Positions 1 to 12,468 of a stretch of DNA of 13,299 nt are shown here, one piece after another. The DNA is from Elusimicrobiota bacterium. Its GTDB lineage: Bacteria; Elusimicrobiota; Elusimicrobia; Elusimicrobiales; UBA9959. How positions within the stretch are numbered: position 1 is the first letter of the stretch; each line of letters opens with the position of its first letter. A model generated the notes under the pieces. That model did not search any database and had not been told where the DNA came from. It worked only from the letters and a program-made list of their open reading frames with translations. The stretch covers positions 1-13,299 of the forward strand of contig JBAXKK010000072.1 in NCBI GenBank assembly GCA_037137395.1. The letters run 5' to 3'. Both the position numbers and the translations under genes were made by a program.

Positions 1-55
1 CGATCGTACCCACGTTCACATGCGGTTTCTTTCTGTCGAATTTAGCTTTTGCCAT
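1..55 (-). CDS. tuf: Elongation factor Tu, 5' fragment (continues beyond window start)
   Basis: Reverse complement from ATG at 55 reads MAKAKFDRKKPHVNVGTI, the canonical EF-Tu N-terminus. AAGGAG Shine-Dalgarno at 64-69. Follows fusA as in the str operon. Confidence 0.97.
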   Translation of the reverse strand, partial: MAKAKFDRKKPHVNVGTI

Positions 56-77
56 TGTTTGTTCTCCTTGCGTATAC

Positions 78-166
78 AGGATTAAGCGGTAAGTTATAAG
101 GATTAAGCTAGACCTTAATCCCTGCTCCCTTTAATCCTTAATCCTTAATTCTTAATACTTACTTCT
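78..166. repeat. Heptamer inverted-repeat element 1 (GGATTAA/TTAATCC family), fusA-tuf spacer
   Basis: Left arm ggattaa gcggtaa gttataa ggattaa g (79-107). Right arm ctttaat ccttaat ccttaat tcttaat acttact (129-163). An extra ccttaat lies at 113-119. Confidence 0.9.
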
Positions 167-173
167 TTGCTCA

Positions 174-2270
174 CTAAACGGCTTCGGCCGCGGCCTGGGT
201 CCGTTTTTCAATAACGCCCTTCGCGACATTCGCCGGCACTTCTTCGTAGTGACTGGGCTCCATGCTGAAAGAAGCGCGGCCCTGCGATATAGATCTTACC
301 ACCGTGGCGTATCCGAACATTTCTGACAGCGGCACGGTGCCGCGCACAAAACGCGCGTTGCCCCTGTTGCCCATTTCAGATATCTTGGCGCGTCTTGAGT
401 TAAGATCGCCGATGACGTCGCCCACGTTAGCTTCCGGAGTTGTGACATCAACCTTCATAATGGGTTCCATCAGATACGGACCGGCCTTACGGCAGCCGTC
501 TTTGAACGCCATAGCGCCGGCTATCTTGAAAGCGATTTCGGAAGAGTCAACATCGTGGTAGGAACCGTCAAAAAGCGTAACCTTCACGTCCACCACGGGA
601 AATCCGGCCAGCACGCCGGAGTCCATAGCCTCTCTGCAGCCCTTTTCCACGGCTGGAATGAATTCCTTGGGAACGCGGCCTTGCTTGATGCCATCCACGA
701 ACTCAAAACCTTTACCCATCGTCTGCGGCTCAACCTTAAGCCACACATGGCCGTACTGTCCGCGACCGCCGGACTGCCGGATAAATTTACCTTCTATATC
801 GACAGCCCTTTTGATGGACTCGCGGAAAGCAACCTGCGGGCGACCCACATTGGCCTGCACATTGAATTCGCGTTTAAGACGATCCACGATGATATCCAGA
901 TGAAGTTCGCCCATACCGGAGATGATGGTCTGGGAGGTCTCCTCGTCAGTCTTGATCCTAAAAGTCTGGTCTTCCTCGGCAAGGCGGCCCATCGCTATAC
1001 CCATCTTCTGCTCGTCCTCTTTGGACTTGGGCTCGATGGAGATTGAGATGACCGGCTCGGGGAAATTCATACCCTCAAGCATTATTGGGCGCTCGGGATC
1101 ACAAATGGTCTCGCCCACAGTTGCGCTCTTGATGGCCACGGTGGCGGCGATGTCGCCTGCACTGATCTCTTTAATCTCTTCGCGCTTGTTGGCGTGCATC
1201 CGCAGGATACGGCCTATGCGCTCCTGTGTATTCTTGCGTGAGAAGTGCACGGTATCGCCCGGTTTAAGGGTGCCTGAATACACGCGGAAGAATGTCAGCT
1301 TGCCCACGAAAGGGTCAGGCTGGATCTTAAACAGCAGCGCGCAGAAAGGATCTTTCGGGTCGGCTTTGCGCACGACCTCTTCGCCGGTGTGGGGATCGGT
1401 GGCGGTCAGGGGCGGGACATCCAGCGGGGACGGCAGGTAGTCAATAATAGCGTCCAGCATCGGCTGCACGCCCTTGTTTTTATAGGAGGAACCGCACAGC
1501 ACAGGGAAGAACTTTGTGGTGAGCGTGCCGCGGCGGATGGCGGCCTTCAGTTCCGCCTCGGTAAAGTTGGTGTCGCCGGCCAGGTACTTCTCCATGATAT
1601 GCTCGTCAAAATCGGCCAGTTTTTCCACAAGCAGGTCACGATACTTCTTTGAAATCTCCACCATATCGGCGGGGATCTCGACCTCGTCGAAATGAGCGCC
1701 CAGGTCGTCGCCGACCCAAATCAGCGCCTTCATCTTCACAAGGTCAACAAGGCCCTTGAAAGTTTCGGTCACGCCTATCGGAATCTGTATAGGCGAGGCG
1801 TTAGCGCCCAATTTCTCTATTATGGAATGAACGCACATAAAGTAGTCAGCGCCTATGCGATCCATCTTGTTAATGTAGGCCACGCGGGGCACATGGTAGC
1901 GGTCGGCCTGGCGCCACACTGTCTCAGACTGCGGCTCCACGCCCTGAACTCCGTCGAAAACTGTTACGGCGCCGTCCAGAACGCGCAGGGAACGCTCAAC
2001 CTCGGCGGTGAAATCAACGTGTCCGGGGGTGTCGATAATATTGACGATATGCTCGCGCCAGGTGGTGCTGATGGCAGCCGCGGTGATGGTTATACCGCGC
2101 TCGCGCTCCTGCGGCATCCAGTCCGTGGTAGTATTGCCGTCGTGCACCTCTCCGATCTTATGTGACTTTCCGGTGTAATAAAGTATGCGCTCGGTGGTCG
2201 TGGTTTTGCCGGCGTCAATGTGAGCGATAATGCCGGTGTTGCGTACCTTAGTTAAATCAAAGTCTGCCAT
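174..2270 (-). CDS. fusA: Elongation factor G (698 aa from the probable start MADFDL)
   Basis: Motifs [44 protein letters not shown] and SYHDVDSS. Start placed at ATG 2270 (AGGA at 2279-2282) rather than 2297, which lies inside a repeat arm. Confidence 0.98.
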   Translation of the reverse strand: MADFDLTKVRNTGIIAHIDAGKTTTTERILYYTGKSHKIGEVHDGNTTTDWMPQERERGITITAAAISTTWREHIVNIIDTPGHVDFTAEVERSLRVLDGAVTVFDGVQGVEPQSETVWRQADRYHVPRVAYINKMDRIGADYFMCVHSIIEKLGANASPIQIPIGVTETFKGLVDLVKMKALIWVGDDLGAHFDEVEIPADMVEISKKYRDLLVEKLADFDEHIMEKYLAGDTNFTEAELKAAIRRGTLTTKFFPVLCGSSYKNKGVQPMLDAIIDYLPSPLDVPPLTATDPHTGEEVVRKADPKDPFCALLFKIQPDPFVGKLTFFRVYSGTLKPGDTVHFSRKNTQERIGRILRMHANKREEIKEISAGDIAATVAIKSATVGETICDPERPIMLEGMNFPEPVISISIEPKSKEDEQKMGIAMGRLAEEDQTFRIKTDEETSQTIISGMGELHLDIIVDRLKREFNVQANVGRPQVAFRESIKRAVDIEGKFIRQSGGRGQYGHVWLKVEPQTMGKGFEFVDGIKQGRVPKEFIPAVEKGCREAMDSGVLAGFPVVDVKVTLFDGSYHDVDSSEIAFKIAGAMAFKDGCRKAGPYLMEPIMKVDVTTPEANVGDVIGDLNSRRAKISEMGNRGNARFVRGTVPLSEMFGYATVVRSISQGRASFSMEPSHYEEVPANVAKGVIEKRTQAAAEAV

Positions 2271-2282
2271 AGTGTTTTTCCT

Positions 2283-2373
2283 AGATTCCGGATTCAAGAT
2301 TTAAGATGGAAGATTAGAGGTGTTTCCTTAATTCCAGTATCCCCAAATCTTGAATCTTGAATCTTAAATCTTA
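2283..2373. repeat. Heptamer inverted-repeat element 2 (GATTCAA/TTGAATC family), rpsG-fusA spacer
   Basis: Left arm gattccg gattcaa gatttaa gatggaa gattaga (2284-2318). Right arm aatcttg aatcttg aatctta aatctta (2346-2373). Confidence 0.9.
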
Positions 2374-2387
2374 AATTTTCTCCCTTG

Positions 2388-2867
2388 TTACCAGCGGTAA
2401 TGGGCGAAAGCGCGGTTGGCTTCGGCCATCCTGTGGGCGTCCTCTCTTTTCTTGAAAGCGGTGCCCTCTTTCTTGAAAGCCAGGAGAAGTTCTTCGGCCA
2501 GGTGCACATGCATAGGCGCGCCCTTGCGGTCGCGCGCGGCATTGAGTATCCAGCGCATCGCCAGCGAAGAGCCGCGGCTGGGCTTCACTTCTATCGGCAC
2601 CTGGTAGTTGGCGCCGCCGACGCGGCGGGCCTTCACTTCCACCATGGGGCGGACGTTCTCAATAGCCTTGGTAAGCACCACAAGCGCGTCTTCCTTGGTT
2701 TTTTCCTTTAAGATATCCATCGCTCCGTAGAGGATGCTTTCAGCGGCAAGCTTCTTGCCCTGGAAATTTATTTTATTCACGAACCTGGAAACCAGCACGG
2801 AATTATATCTGAAATCCGGCGGCGGGAGTTCCCTTCTGTCGCGAGGTCTTAAACCTTTTCTTGGCAT
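2388..2867 (-). CDS. rpsG: 30S ribosomal protein S7 (uS7)
   Basis: MPRKG start, [15 protein letters not shown], and C-terminal [19 protein letters not shown] at 2876-2879. Confidence 0.98.
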   Translation of the reverse strand: MPRKGLRPRDRRELPPPDFRYNSVLVSRFVNKINFQGKKLAAESILYGAMDILKEKTKEDALVVLTKAIENVRPMVEVKARRVGGANYQVPIEVKPSRGSSLAMRWILNAARDRKGAPMHVHLAEELLLAFKKEGTAFKKREDAHRMAEANRAFAHYRW

Positions 2868-2904
2868 ACATTTATCTCCAATTGACTAATTTAAATATTT
2901 CGTT

Positions 2905-2978
2905 CAGTGGCTAGTGATTAGTGGGTAGTGGTTAAAATATAAGGAACTCCTTCACTAACCACTATTCACTCACCACTG
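2905..2978. repeat. Heptamer inverted-repeat element 3 (TAGTGGT/ACCACTA family), rpsL-rpsG spacer
   Basis: Left arm cagtggc tagtgat tagtggg tagtggt (2905-2932). Right arm ttcacta accacta ttcactc accactg (2951-2978). Confidence 0.9.
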
Positions 2979-2984
2979 CTGTTG

Positions 2985-3380
2985 TTACTTCTTCGCTTCC
3001 GTCTTTCCTGCCTTTGGGCGCTTGGCGCCGTAAAGCGACCGGCCCTGCCTGCGGCCTTCAACTCCGGACGCGTCCAGCGCGCCCCTGATAATATGGTACC
3101 TGCAGCCGGGAAGGTCTTTTACTTTCCCGCCCCTGACCAGAACAATGGAGTGTTCCTGGAGGTTGTGACCTACTCCGGGGATGTAGGCGGTGACTTCCTG
3201 CTTGGAGGTCAACTTGACCCTGGCTACTTTCCTGAGGGCGGAGTTGGGTTTCTTGGGGGTCGTGGTATAGACCCTGGTGCAAACGCCCCTTCTCTGCGGG
3301 CAAGACATCAACGCGGGCGCCTTGCTGAACTTCCTTAAAGATTCTCTTCCGTGCCGTATGAGCTGATTAATTGTTGACAT
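2985..3380 (-). CDS. rpsL: 30S ribosomal protein S12 (uS12), 131 aa
   Basis: MSTINQLIR start, [33 protein letters not shown] and KDLPG motifs. Start placed at ATG 3380 because it matches the family N-terminus (M-x-T-I-N-Q-L). Confidence 0.98.
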   Translation of the reverse strand: MSTINQLIRHGRESLRKFSKAPALMSCPQRRGVCTRVYTTTPKKPNSALRKVARVKLTSKQEVTAYIPGVGHNLQEHSIVLVRGGKVKDLPGCRYHIIRGALDASGVEGRRQGRSLYGAKRPKAGKTEAKK

Positions 3381-3389
3381 AATTTCCAA

Positions 3390-3474
3390 AGGGTGTAGGT
3401 TATAAGATGGAGGGCAGAGTAATAAGCAATAACTTTCTTAAACCCTGATCCCTGAACCCTAAACCCTGAACCCT
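3390..3474. repeat. Heptamer inverted-repeat element 4 (AGGGTTY/RAACCCT family), rpoC-rpsL spacer
   Basis: Right arm aaaccct gatccct gaaccct aaaccct gaaccct (3440-3474). Degenerate left arm agggtgt aggttat aagatgg agggcag (3390-3417). Confidence 0.85.
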
Positions 3475-3478
3475 ATTT

Positions 3479-7672
<4,194 letters not shown>

Positions 7673-7706
7673 GGTTGTTTTCTCCATTCAACTGTTGCGT
7701 AAGGGC

Positions 7707-7792
7707 AGATTCAAGATTCCGGATTCAAGATTTAAGATTAAGAAGGCAACTTCTGCCAATCTTGAATCTTAAATCTTGAATCTTTAATTCTA
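7707..7792. repeat. Heptamer inverted-repeat element 5 (GATTCAA/TTGAATC family), rpoB-rpoC spacer
   Basis: Left arm gattcaa gattccg gattcaa gatttaa gattaag (7708-7742). Central mini-hairpin ggca-acttc-tgcc (7745-7757). Right arm aatcttg aatctta aatcttg aatcttt aattcta (7758-7792). Confidence 0.92.
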
Positions 7793-7796
7793 ACGC

Positions 7797-10700
7797 CTAG
7801 TTCACAGCCTTGGCCGCCGCTTTCTTCTTGGCCTTTTCCTTCACGCCTTCAGCGCGGGCGGTTTCCTCTTCGGCCTTGATCAGGTCGACATCGAGGGCAA
7901 GGGCCTGCAGTTCCTTAACAAGCACCTTGAAGGATTCAGGCACGCCGGGCTGCGGCGGGAAATCACCTTTGATGATAGCTTCATACATCTTGGTCCTGCC
8001 GGAGAAGTCATCTGACTTGACGGTAAGCATCTCCTGCAGGGCGTAAGCGGCGCCGTAGCCTTCCAGTGCCCAGACTTCCATTTCGCCGAAGCGCTGGCCG
8101 CCGAAAAGGGCCTTGCCGCCCAACGGCTGCCTGGTGATGAGGCTGTACGGGCCCGTGGAGCGGGCGTGCACTTTATCTTCCACCAGGTGGATGAGCTTCA
8201 GAATGTACATGTAGCCTATCGTCACTTTTTCGTGGAACTGTTCGCCGGTCCTGCCGTCGTACAGCGTGATGCGGCAATAATCGTCGGGGAGATATTCCTC
8301 CGCCACGCCCTGCCGCTTCAAATGATCCTTGGCCAGCTGCACCATCTGGATGACGCCGGGTTTTTCCGCGTTCGGATGCGCGGAAAGGTCGTTTACGATC
8401 TCAGAAACCGTGATATCGGAGCGTTTTTTCTTGCGCTTGTCTTCCCAGTATTTCCAATAGCCGGGGTTATCCTCGGCCGCGCCGTCAAAGACCGGACAGA
8501 TCATCTGTGTGTTCAACTGTTTGCCGGCCCAGCCCAGCATGGTCTCAAGGATCTGGCCGATGTTCATACGGGACGGGACGCCCAGCGGCGAAAGCACCAT
8601 ATCCACCGGCGTGCCGTCGGGCAGATACGGCATATCTTCTTTCGGCAGAATACGGGCAACCACGCCTTTATTACCATGGCGGCCCGAGAGCTTATCTCCC
8701 ACGCGCAGCCGGCGCTTAAGGGCTATATACACCTTAACCACTTTATTGACGGTGACGGGCAGTTCGCCGGTGGCTTTCAGCAGCTCTTTTTCCCTGGCGT
8801 ACTTGTCCTTGATCTTTTTTTCCATCAGCTTATAAAACTCTTCAATGTCGGAGCCTTTTTTCTCGTCCTTCATGGCTTCCTTGCGGAAGTTTTTAAGGGC
8901 CTCGAGATTCTCCTTCATCTCTTCGTTGATCTCGTCCATGCGCCGCTTTTCTTCGGGCTTGGAGAGCTTCTCGCGGCGAACGAATACGCGGGTGCCTATA
9001 ATTTTGCCGTTTACGCCGGGCGGCACGCGCAGCGATGTGTCGGTAACATCTTCCGCTTTTTTGCCGAAGATGACCTTAAGCAGCCTTTCCTCGGGGGAAA
9101 GCTGCTGCTCGCCCTTAGGGGAAACCTTACACACCATTATGTCGCCGGGGCGGACCATGGTTGACGGCACTACAACGCCTTCGGAATCTATGTGCTCGAG
9201 GGCGTCGGAACCGACATTCGGAATATCGCGGGTGATCTCTTCCGGTCCAAGCTTCGTATCGCGGGCTTCCACTTCAAACTCTTCGATGAAGATGGAGGTT
9301 AGCGCGTCTTCTTCAACGAGCTTTTCGGAGACAAGGATGGCGTCTTCGTAGTTAAAGCCTTCCCAGCTCATGAACGCGACCAGCAGATTTTTGCCAAGGG
9401 CCAGCTGTCCGTCGCCGGTGGCGGGGCCGTCGGCTATAACATCGCCCTTCTTAACATAATCGCCGCTTCTGACGGTAGGCTTCTGATTTACGCAGGTATC
9501 CTGGTTGGACCTTCGGTATTTAATAAGGTGATAAAGATCGGGATCCTTGGAATTATCCGACTTTATTGAGATCATCTCTCCGGAGGAATAGATGACGCGG
9601 CCGCTTGTGCGCGCTGTAACGCAGGCGCGCGAATCTCTGGCGATGGCCGACTCCATTCCGGTCCCTACCAGCGGAGGTTCGGTCACCAGCAGAGGCACGG
9701 CCTGGCGCATCATGTTGGAACCCATCAGCGCGCGGTTGGCGTCGTCGTGTTCAAGGAACGGCACGCAGGCTGCCGAGATGGAAACCACCTGCATCGGGGA
9801 CACATCCATGTAGTTGACATCGCTGGAATCCACGAACACATACTCGTCCTTGGCACGGCCGTACACCCGGTCGGAGGAGAGACGTCCGCTGTCTATAGGA
9901 GTGTTGGCCTGGCCGACGAAAATGTCGTCTTCAAGGAAAGCGGTCAGGTATTCAACCTCATCCGTCATTTTCTTTGATGAGACCTTCCGGTAGGGCGTTT
10001 CGATAAGGCCGTACTGGTTAACCTTGGCGTACGCGGCCAGAGAAACGATAAGGCCGATGTTCGGGCCTTCGGGTGTTTCGATGGGACAGACGCGGCCGTA
10101 ATGGGTATAGTGCACATCGCGGACCTCGAAGCCCGCGCGCTTTCTGTTAAGACCACCGGGCCCGAGGGCCGAGAGGCGGCGCTTGTGCGTCAGTTCGGCC
10201 AGCGGGTTGATCTGGTCCATGAACTGCGAGAGCTGGGAAGTGCCGAAGAACTTCCTCATGATAGCCACCACGGGCGCGGCGTTAACCAGCGTGCGCGGGG
10301 TGATGGTTTTGTCTTCCTTATTCATGCGGTCGCGCACGTTGCGCGAGATCTGGACCAGCGCCACGCGGATCTGGTTCTCAAGAAGTTCGCCGATGGAACG
10401 CACGCGCCTGTTGCCCAGGTGGTCGATGTCGTCCACTTTATACTCGAATTTCTGCCCTTTATAATCGAAGCCGGGCGCGCCTGAATTCATCGCCATTAGA
10501 TACTTCACGGTGACGATAATATCTTCTATGCAGATATTGCGTTTGTTCTCGGCGGGCACTTTGAATTTTTTATCCTGCCTGGCGAGCTCTTCATACACGG
10601 GGGTGAGCTTTCTGGCGGCCTTGTAACGCCCGACTATGGAAAAGTCGTAGCGGCGCAGGCTCTTGAAAAGTATGTTGTCAAGATATTCGTCGGCCTGTTC

Positions 10701-11678
10701 CTTGACGATAAAGTCCTGACCCCGCATCTTCTTATAGATTTCGTAGCGGGCCTCGGCGGCGCTCTTGGGCTGGTTCTTACCTTCCAGCGCCAGAATGATA
10801 CCGGGGTTGTCCTCTTTGGGACTGCCTTTTATCAGGCGGACCTTGGTGATCTTGCGCTCAAGCATGATCTTCACGGTCTTTTCATCAAGGGGCTGGGCAG
10901 CTTTCTCTTCCAGATTCCAGACGACCTCTCCGGTCTTGGTGTCCACGATGTCTTCTATGGCGTAGTGGCCGACGATATTGGCGGCGTTATCCGCGGTGAC
11001 GGCGGCGTCAACGGAGGGATAAAAGATCTGGAGAACTTCGGCGTTGGTCTCGATGCCGGCAGCCTTAAGGAACGTGGTCGCGAGAATCTTTTTCTTGCGG
11101 TCAAGCCTCACCCACAGGACATTGTCCAGGTCAAATTCAAATTCCACCCAGGCGCCGCGATACGGAATAATGCGGGCGTAATAAAGCGATTTACCCAGTA
11201 CGGACTGCTTTTTCTCGTCATCATCTTCAAAGATTATGCCGGGAGAACGATGCAGCTGGCTGACGACAATGCGCTCGGCGCCGTTGAAAATAAAGGAACC
11301 GGTATCGGTCATCAGGGGGAGGTCGCAGAGCGTGACATCCTGGTCGATGATGTGCTTAAGTTTGCCGCTCTCCTGTTTGGTGCTGAGCGAAAGGAAGGCT
11401 TTTAGCGGAGCCGCGTAGGTGCCGCCGCGAACCAGCGCCTCTTCAGGGCTGTGATATTTGGGAGTGCCGAGTTCAAATTTAAGATAGTCCAGAACCATGG
11501 AACCGTCGGCCGACTCTATCGGAAACACGTCGACAAATGAGGCCTGGAGGCCCTGTATTTTTCGCTGTTCCGGCTCCTTGTCAAGCTGAAGGAACCATTC
11601 GTAAGACTGCTTTTGCATGTCCAGCAGGTCGGGTACTTTGAGGATTTGGGATATACGGGAGAAGTTAAGTTGTTTCAT
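7797..11678 (-). CDS. rpoB: DNA-directed RNA polymerase subunit beta (1293 aa)
   Basis: Motifs SQLSQFMDQ...THKRRLSALGPGG, CPIETPEGPNIGL, GDKLSGRHGNKG and GGQRFGEMEVWALE. Start placed at ATG 11678 (MKQLNFSRI) with SD GAGGTGA at 11681-11687; the track's extension to 11756 runs through a structured leader. Confidence 0.98.
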   Translation of the reverse strand: MKQLNFSRISQILKVPDLLDMQKQSYEWFLQLDKEPEQRKIQGLQASFVDVFPIESADGSMVLDYLKFELGTPKYHSPEEALVRGGTYAAPLKAFLSLSTKQESGKLKHIIDQDVTLCDLPLMTDTGSFIFNGAERIVVSQLHRSPGIIFEDDDEKKQSVLGKSLYYARIIPYRGAWVEFEFDLDNVLWVRLDRKKKILATTFLKAAGIETNAEVLQIFYPSVDAAVTADNAANIVGHYAIEDIVDTKTGEVVWNLEEKAAQPLDEKTVKIMLERKITKVRLIKGSPKEDNPGIILALEGKNQPKSAAEARYEIYKKMRGQDFIVKEQADEYLDNILFKSLRRYDFSIVGRYKAARKLTPVYEELARQDKKFKVPAENKRNICIEDIIVTVKYLMAMNSGAPGFDYKGQKFEYKVDDIDHLGNRRVRSIGELLENQIRVALVQISRNVRDRMNKEDKTITPRTLVNAAPVVAIMRKFFGTSQLSQFMDQINPLAELTHKRRLSALGPGGLNRKRAGFEVRDVHYTHYGRVCPIETPEGPNIGLIVSLAAYAKVNQYGLIETPYRKVSSKKMTDEVEYLTAFLEDDIFVGQANTPIDSGRLSSDRVYGRAKDEYVFVDSSDVNYMDVSPMQVVSISAACVPFLEHDDANRALMGSNMMRQAVPLLVTEPPLVGTGMESAIARDSRACVTARTSGRVIYSSGEMISIKSDNSKDPDLYHLIKYRRSNQDTCVNQKPTVRSGDYVKKGDVIADGPATGDGQLALGKNLLVAFMSWEGFNYEDAILVSEKLVEEDALTSIFIEEFEVEARDTKLGPEEITRDIPNVGSDALEHIDSEGVVVPSTMVRPGDIMVCKVSPKGEQQLSPEERLLKVIFGKKAEDVTDTSLRVPPGVNGKIIGTRVFVRREKLSKPEEKRRMDEINEEMKENLEALKNFRKEAMKDEKKGSDIEEFYKLMEKKIKDKYAREKELLKATGELPVTVNKVVKVYIALKRRLRVGDKLSGRHGNKGVVARILPKEDMPYLPDGTPVDMVLSPLGVPSRMNIGQILETMLGWAGKQLNTQMICPVFDGAAEDNPGYWKYWEDKRKKKRSDITVSEIVNDLSAHPNAEKPGVIQMVQLAKDHLKRQGVAEEYLPDDYCRITLYDGRTGEQFHEKVTIGYMYILKLIHLVEDKVHARSTGPYSLITRQPLGGKALFGGQRFGEMEVWALEGYGAAYALQEMLTVKSDDFSGRTKMYEAIIKGDFPPQPGVPESFKVLVKELQALALDVDLIKAEEETARAEGVKEKAKKKAAAKAVN

Positions 11679-11701
11679 CGTCACCTCGTTAGTGGTTGGA
11701 C

Positions 11702-11832
11702 TACACTTAAGTCTTGGCCGCAGGAAATACAGATAGCAGATAATCCCGACGGACATTGCGTCCGCCGGGATAAATCTACGGCCTTCCTACATTACTGTCG
11801 TAATTAAGACTATTATTTCAGTTTCCGGTGTA
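11702..11832 (-). promoter_or_regulatory. Candidate structured rpoB 5' leader (nested stems)
   Basis: mRNA-sense pairings: UACAC/GUGUA, AGUCUU/AAGACU, side hairpin AUUAC-GACA-GUAAU, GUAGGAA/UUCCUGC, GUAGAU/AUCUGC, and a 12-bp AUCCCGGCGGAC/GUCCGUCGGGAU stem with a GCAAU loop. Confidence 0.6.
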
Positions 11833-11839
11833 TACATCG

Positions 11840-11942
11840 AGAAGCACAGCCATCCGGCAACTCAGCCATTCAGCAGTCAACAATCTTAAGACTAGACTGC
11901 CTTACCTCTAAACGGCTTTGCATCCGGACAGGCTTTGCCTCT
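11840..11942 (-). other. Long irregular RNA hairpin just downstream of rplL
   Basis: Nested mRNA-sense pairings: AGAGGCA/UGCUUCU, AGCC/GGCU, UCCGG/CCGGA, AGCCGUUU/GAAUGGCU, GCAGUC/GACUGC, and UAGUC-UUAA-GAUUG. Confidence 0.6.
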
Positions 11943-11952
11943 TATATTAAAG

Positions 11953-12351
11953 TTACTTCAGTACGACGACGCCGCCGGCTTCGGTAAGCCTCTTGTTCAT
12001 GTCGTCAGCGGTTTTCTTGTCGACGTTCTCTTTTACAATCTTAGGGGCGCCTTCAACCAGATCCTTGGATTCTTTTAAACCCAGGCCGGTGAGTTCCCTG
12101 ACAACTTTGATGACGCCGATCTTTTTGGCCGGGTCGGATATGGCTTTGAGTTCGACGGTGAATTCGGTCTTTTCCTCGGTGGCGACGGCGGCGGCGCCGG
12201 CGGCGGGGGCGGCGGCCATGGCCATGCCCATAGCGGGGGCGGCCTTCACGCCGAATTTCTCCTCGATACCCTTAACGAGGTCGGAAAGTTCCATCACCGT
12301 GAGGGTGGAAATGGCTTCAACTATCTGGTCTTTATTGAGTTTTTCTGACAT
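11953..12351 (-). CDS. rplL: 50S ribosomal protein L7/L12 (bL12)
   Basis: [19 protein letters not shown], an Ala-rich hinge, EEKTEF, and [33 protein letters not shown] at 12360-12365. Confidence 0.98.
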   Translation of the reverse strand: MSEKLNKDQIVEAISTLTVMELSDLVKGIEEKFGVKAAPAMGMAMAAAPAAGAAAVATEEKTEFTVELKAISDPAKKIGVIKVVRELTGLGLKESKDLVEGAPKIVKENVDKKTADDMNKRLTEAGGVVVLK

Positions 12352-12374
12352 GTTATTGTCTCCTTGTAGTCATG

Positions 12375-12443
12375 AATAGCCCGCTTAACAGCAGTCACTC
12401 GCCGTTTGTTAACCGGTTTATCCCCTAAACTTCGGGGGCTATC
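12375..12443 (-). promoter_or_regulatory. Candidate three-way-junction RNA upstream of the rplL ribosome-binding site
   Basis: P1 GAUAGCCC/GGGCUAUU; P2 CCG-(AA)-GUUUA/UAAAC-CGG; P3 UUAACA/UGUUAA with an inner CGG/CUG stem. Confidence 0.5.
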
Positions 12444-12468
12444 AGGATTTTAGTTAATTACTGCAAAA

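Noticed and set aside
2294..2542. 82-aa ORF ending ...LRFKIQDSRF...
   Set aside because: Out-of-frame overlap with rpsG that runs into heptamer element 2. The KIQDSRF pattern is simply the translated 7-mer repeat.
3440..3474. AAACCCT units identical to the plant telomere repeat (TTTAGGG)
   Set aside because: Only five degenerate units within a clearly bacterial operon, with an inverted partner arm like the other five elements. Coincidental.
10040..10260. Possible rifampicin-resistance substitutions in the RpoB cluster I/II region
   Set aside because: The equivalents of E. coli Q513, D516, H526, S531 and I572 are wild type (SQFMDQ, THKRRLS, NIGLI). NPLAEL is a common natural variant.
11679..11756. 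N-terminal extensions from the ORF track for rpoB (also fusA 2297, rpsL 3389, rpoC 7687)
   Set aside because: Downstream ATGs have better SD sequences and/or match family N-termini. The rpoB and fusA extensions run through structured or repeat non-coding DNA. The rpoC choice is the least certain.
12181..12243. GC-rich GCC/GCG low-complexity run in rplL
   Set aside because: It encodes the normal Ala-rich hinge of L7/L12.
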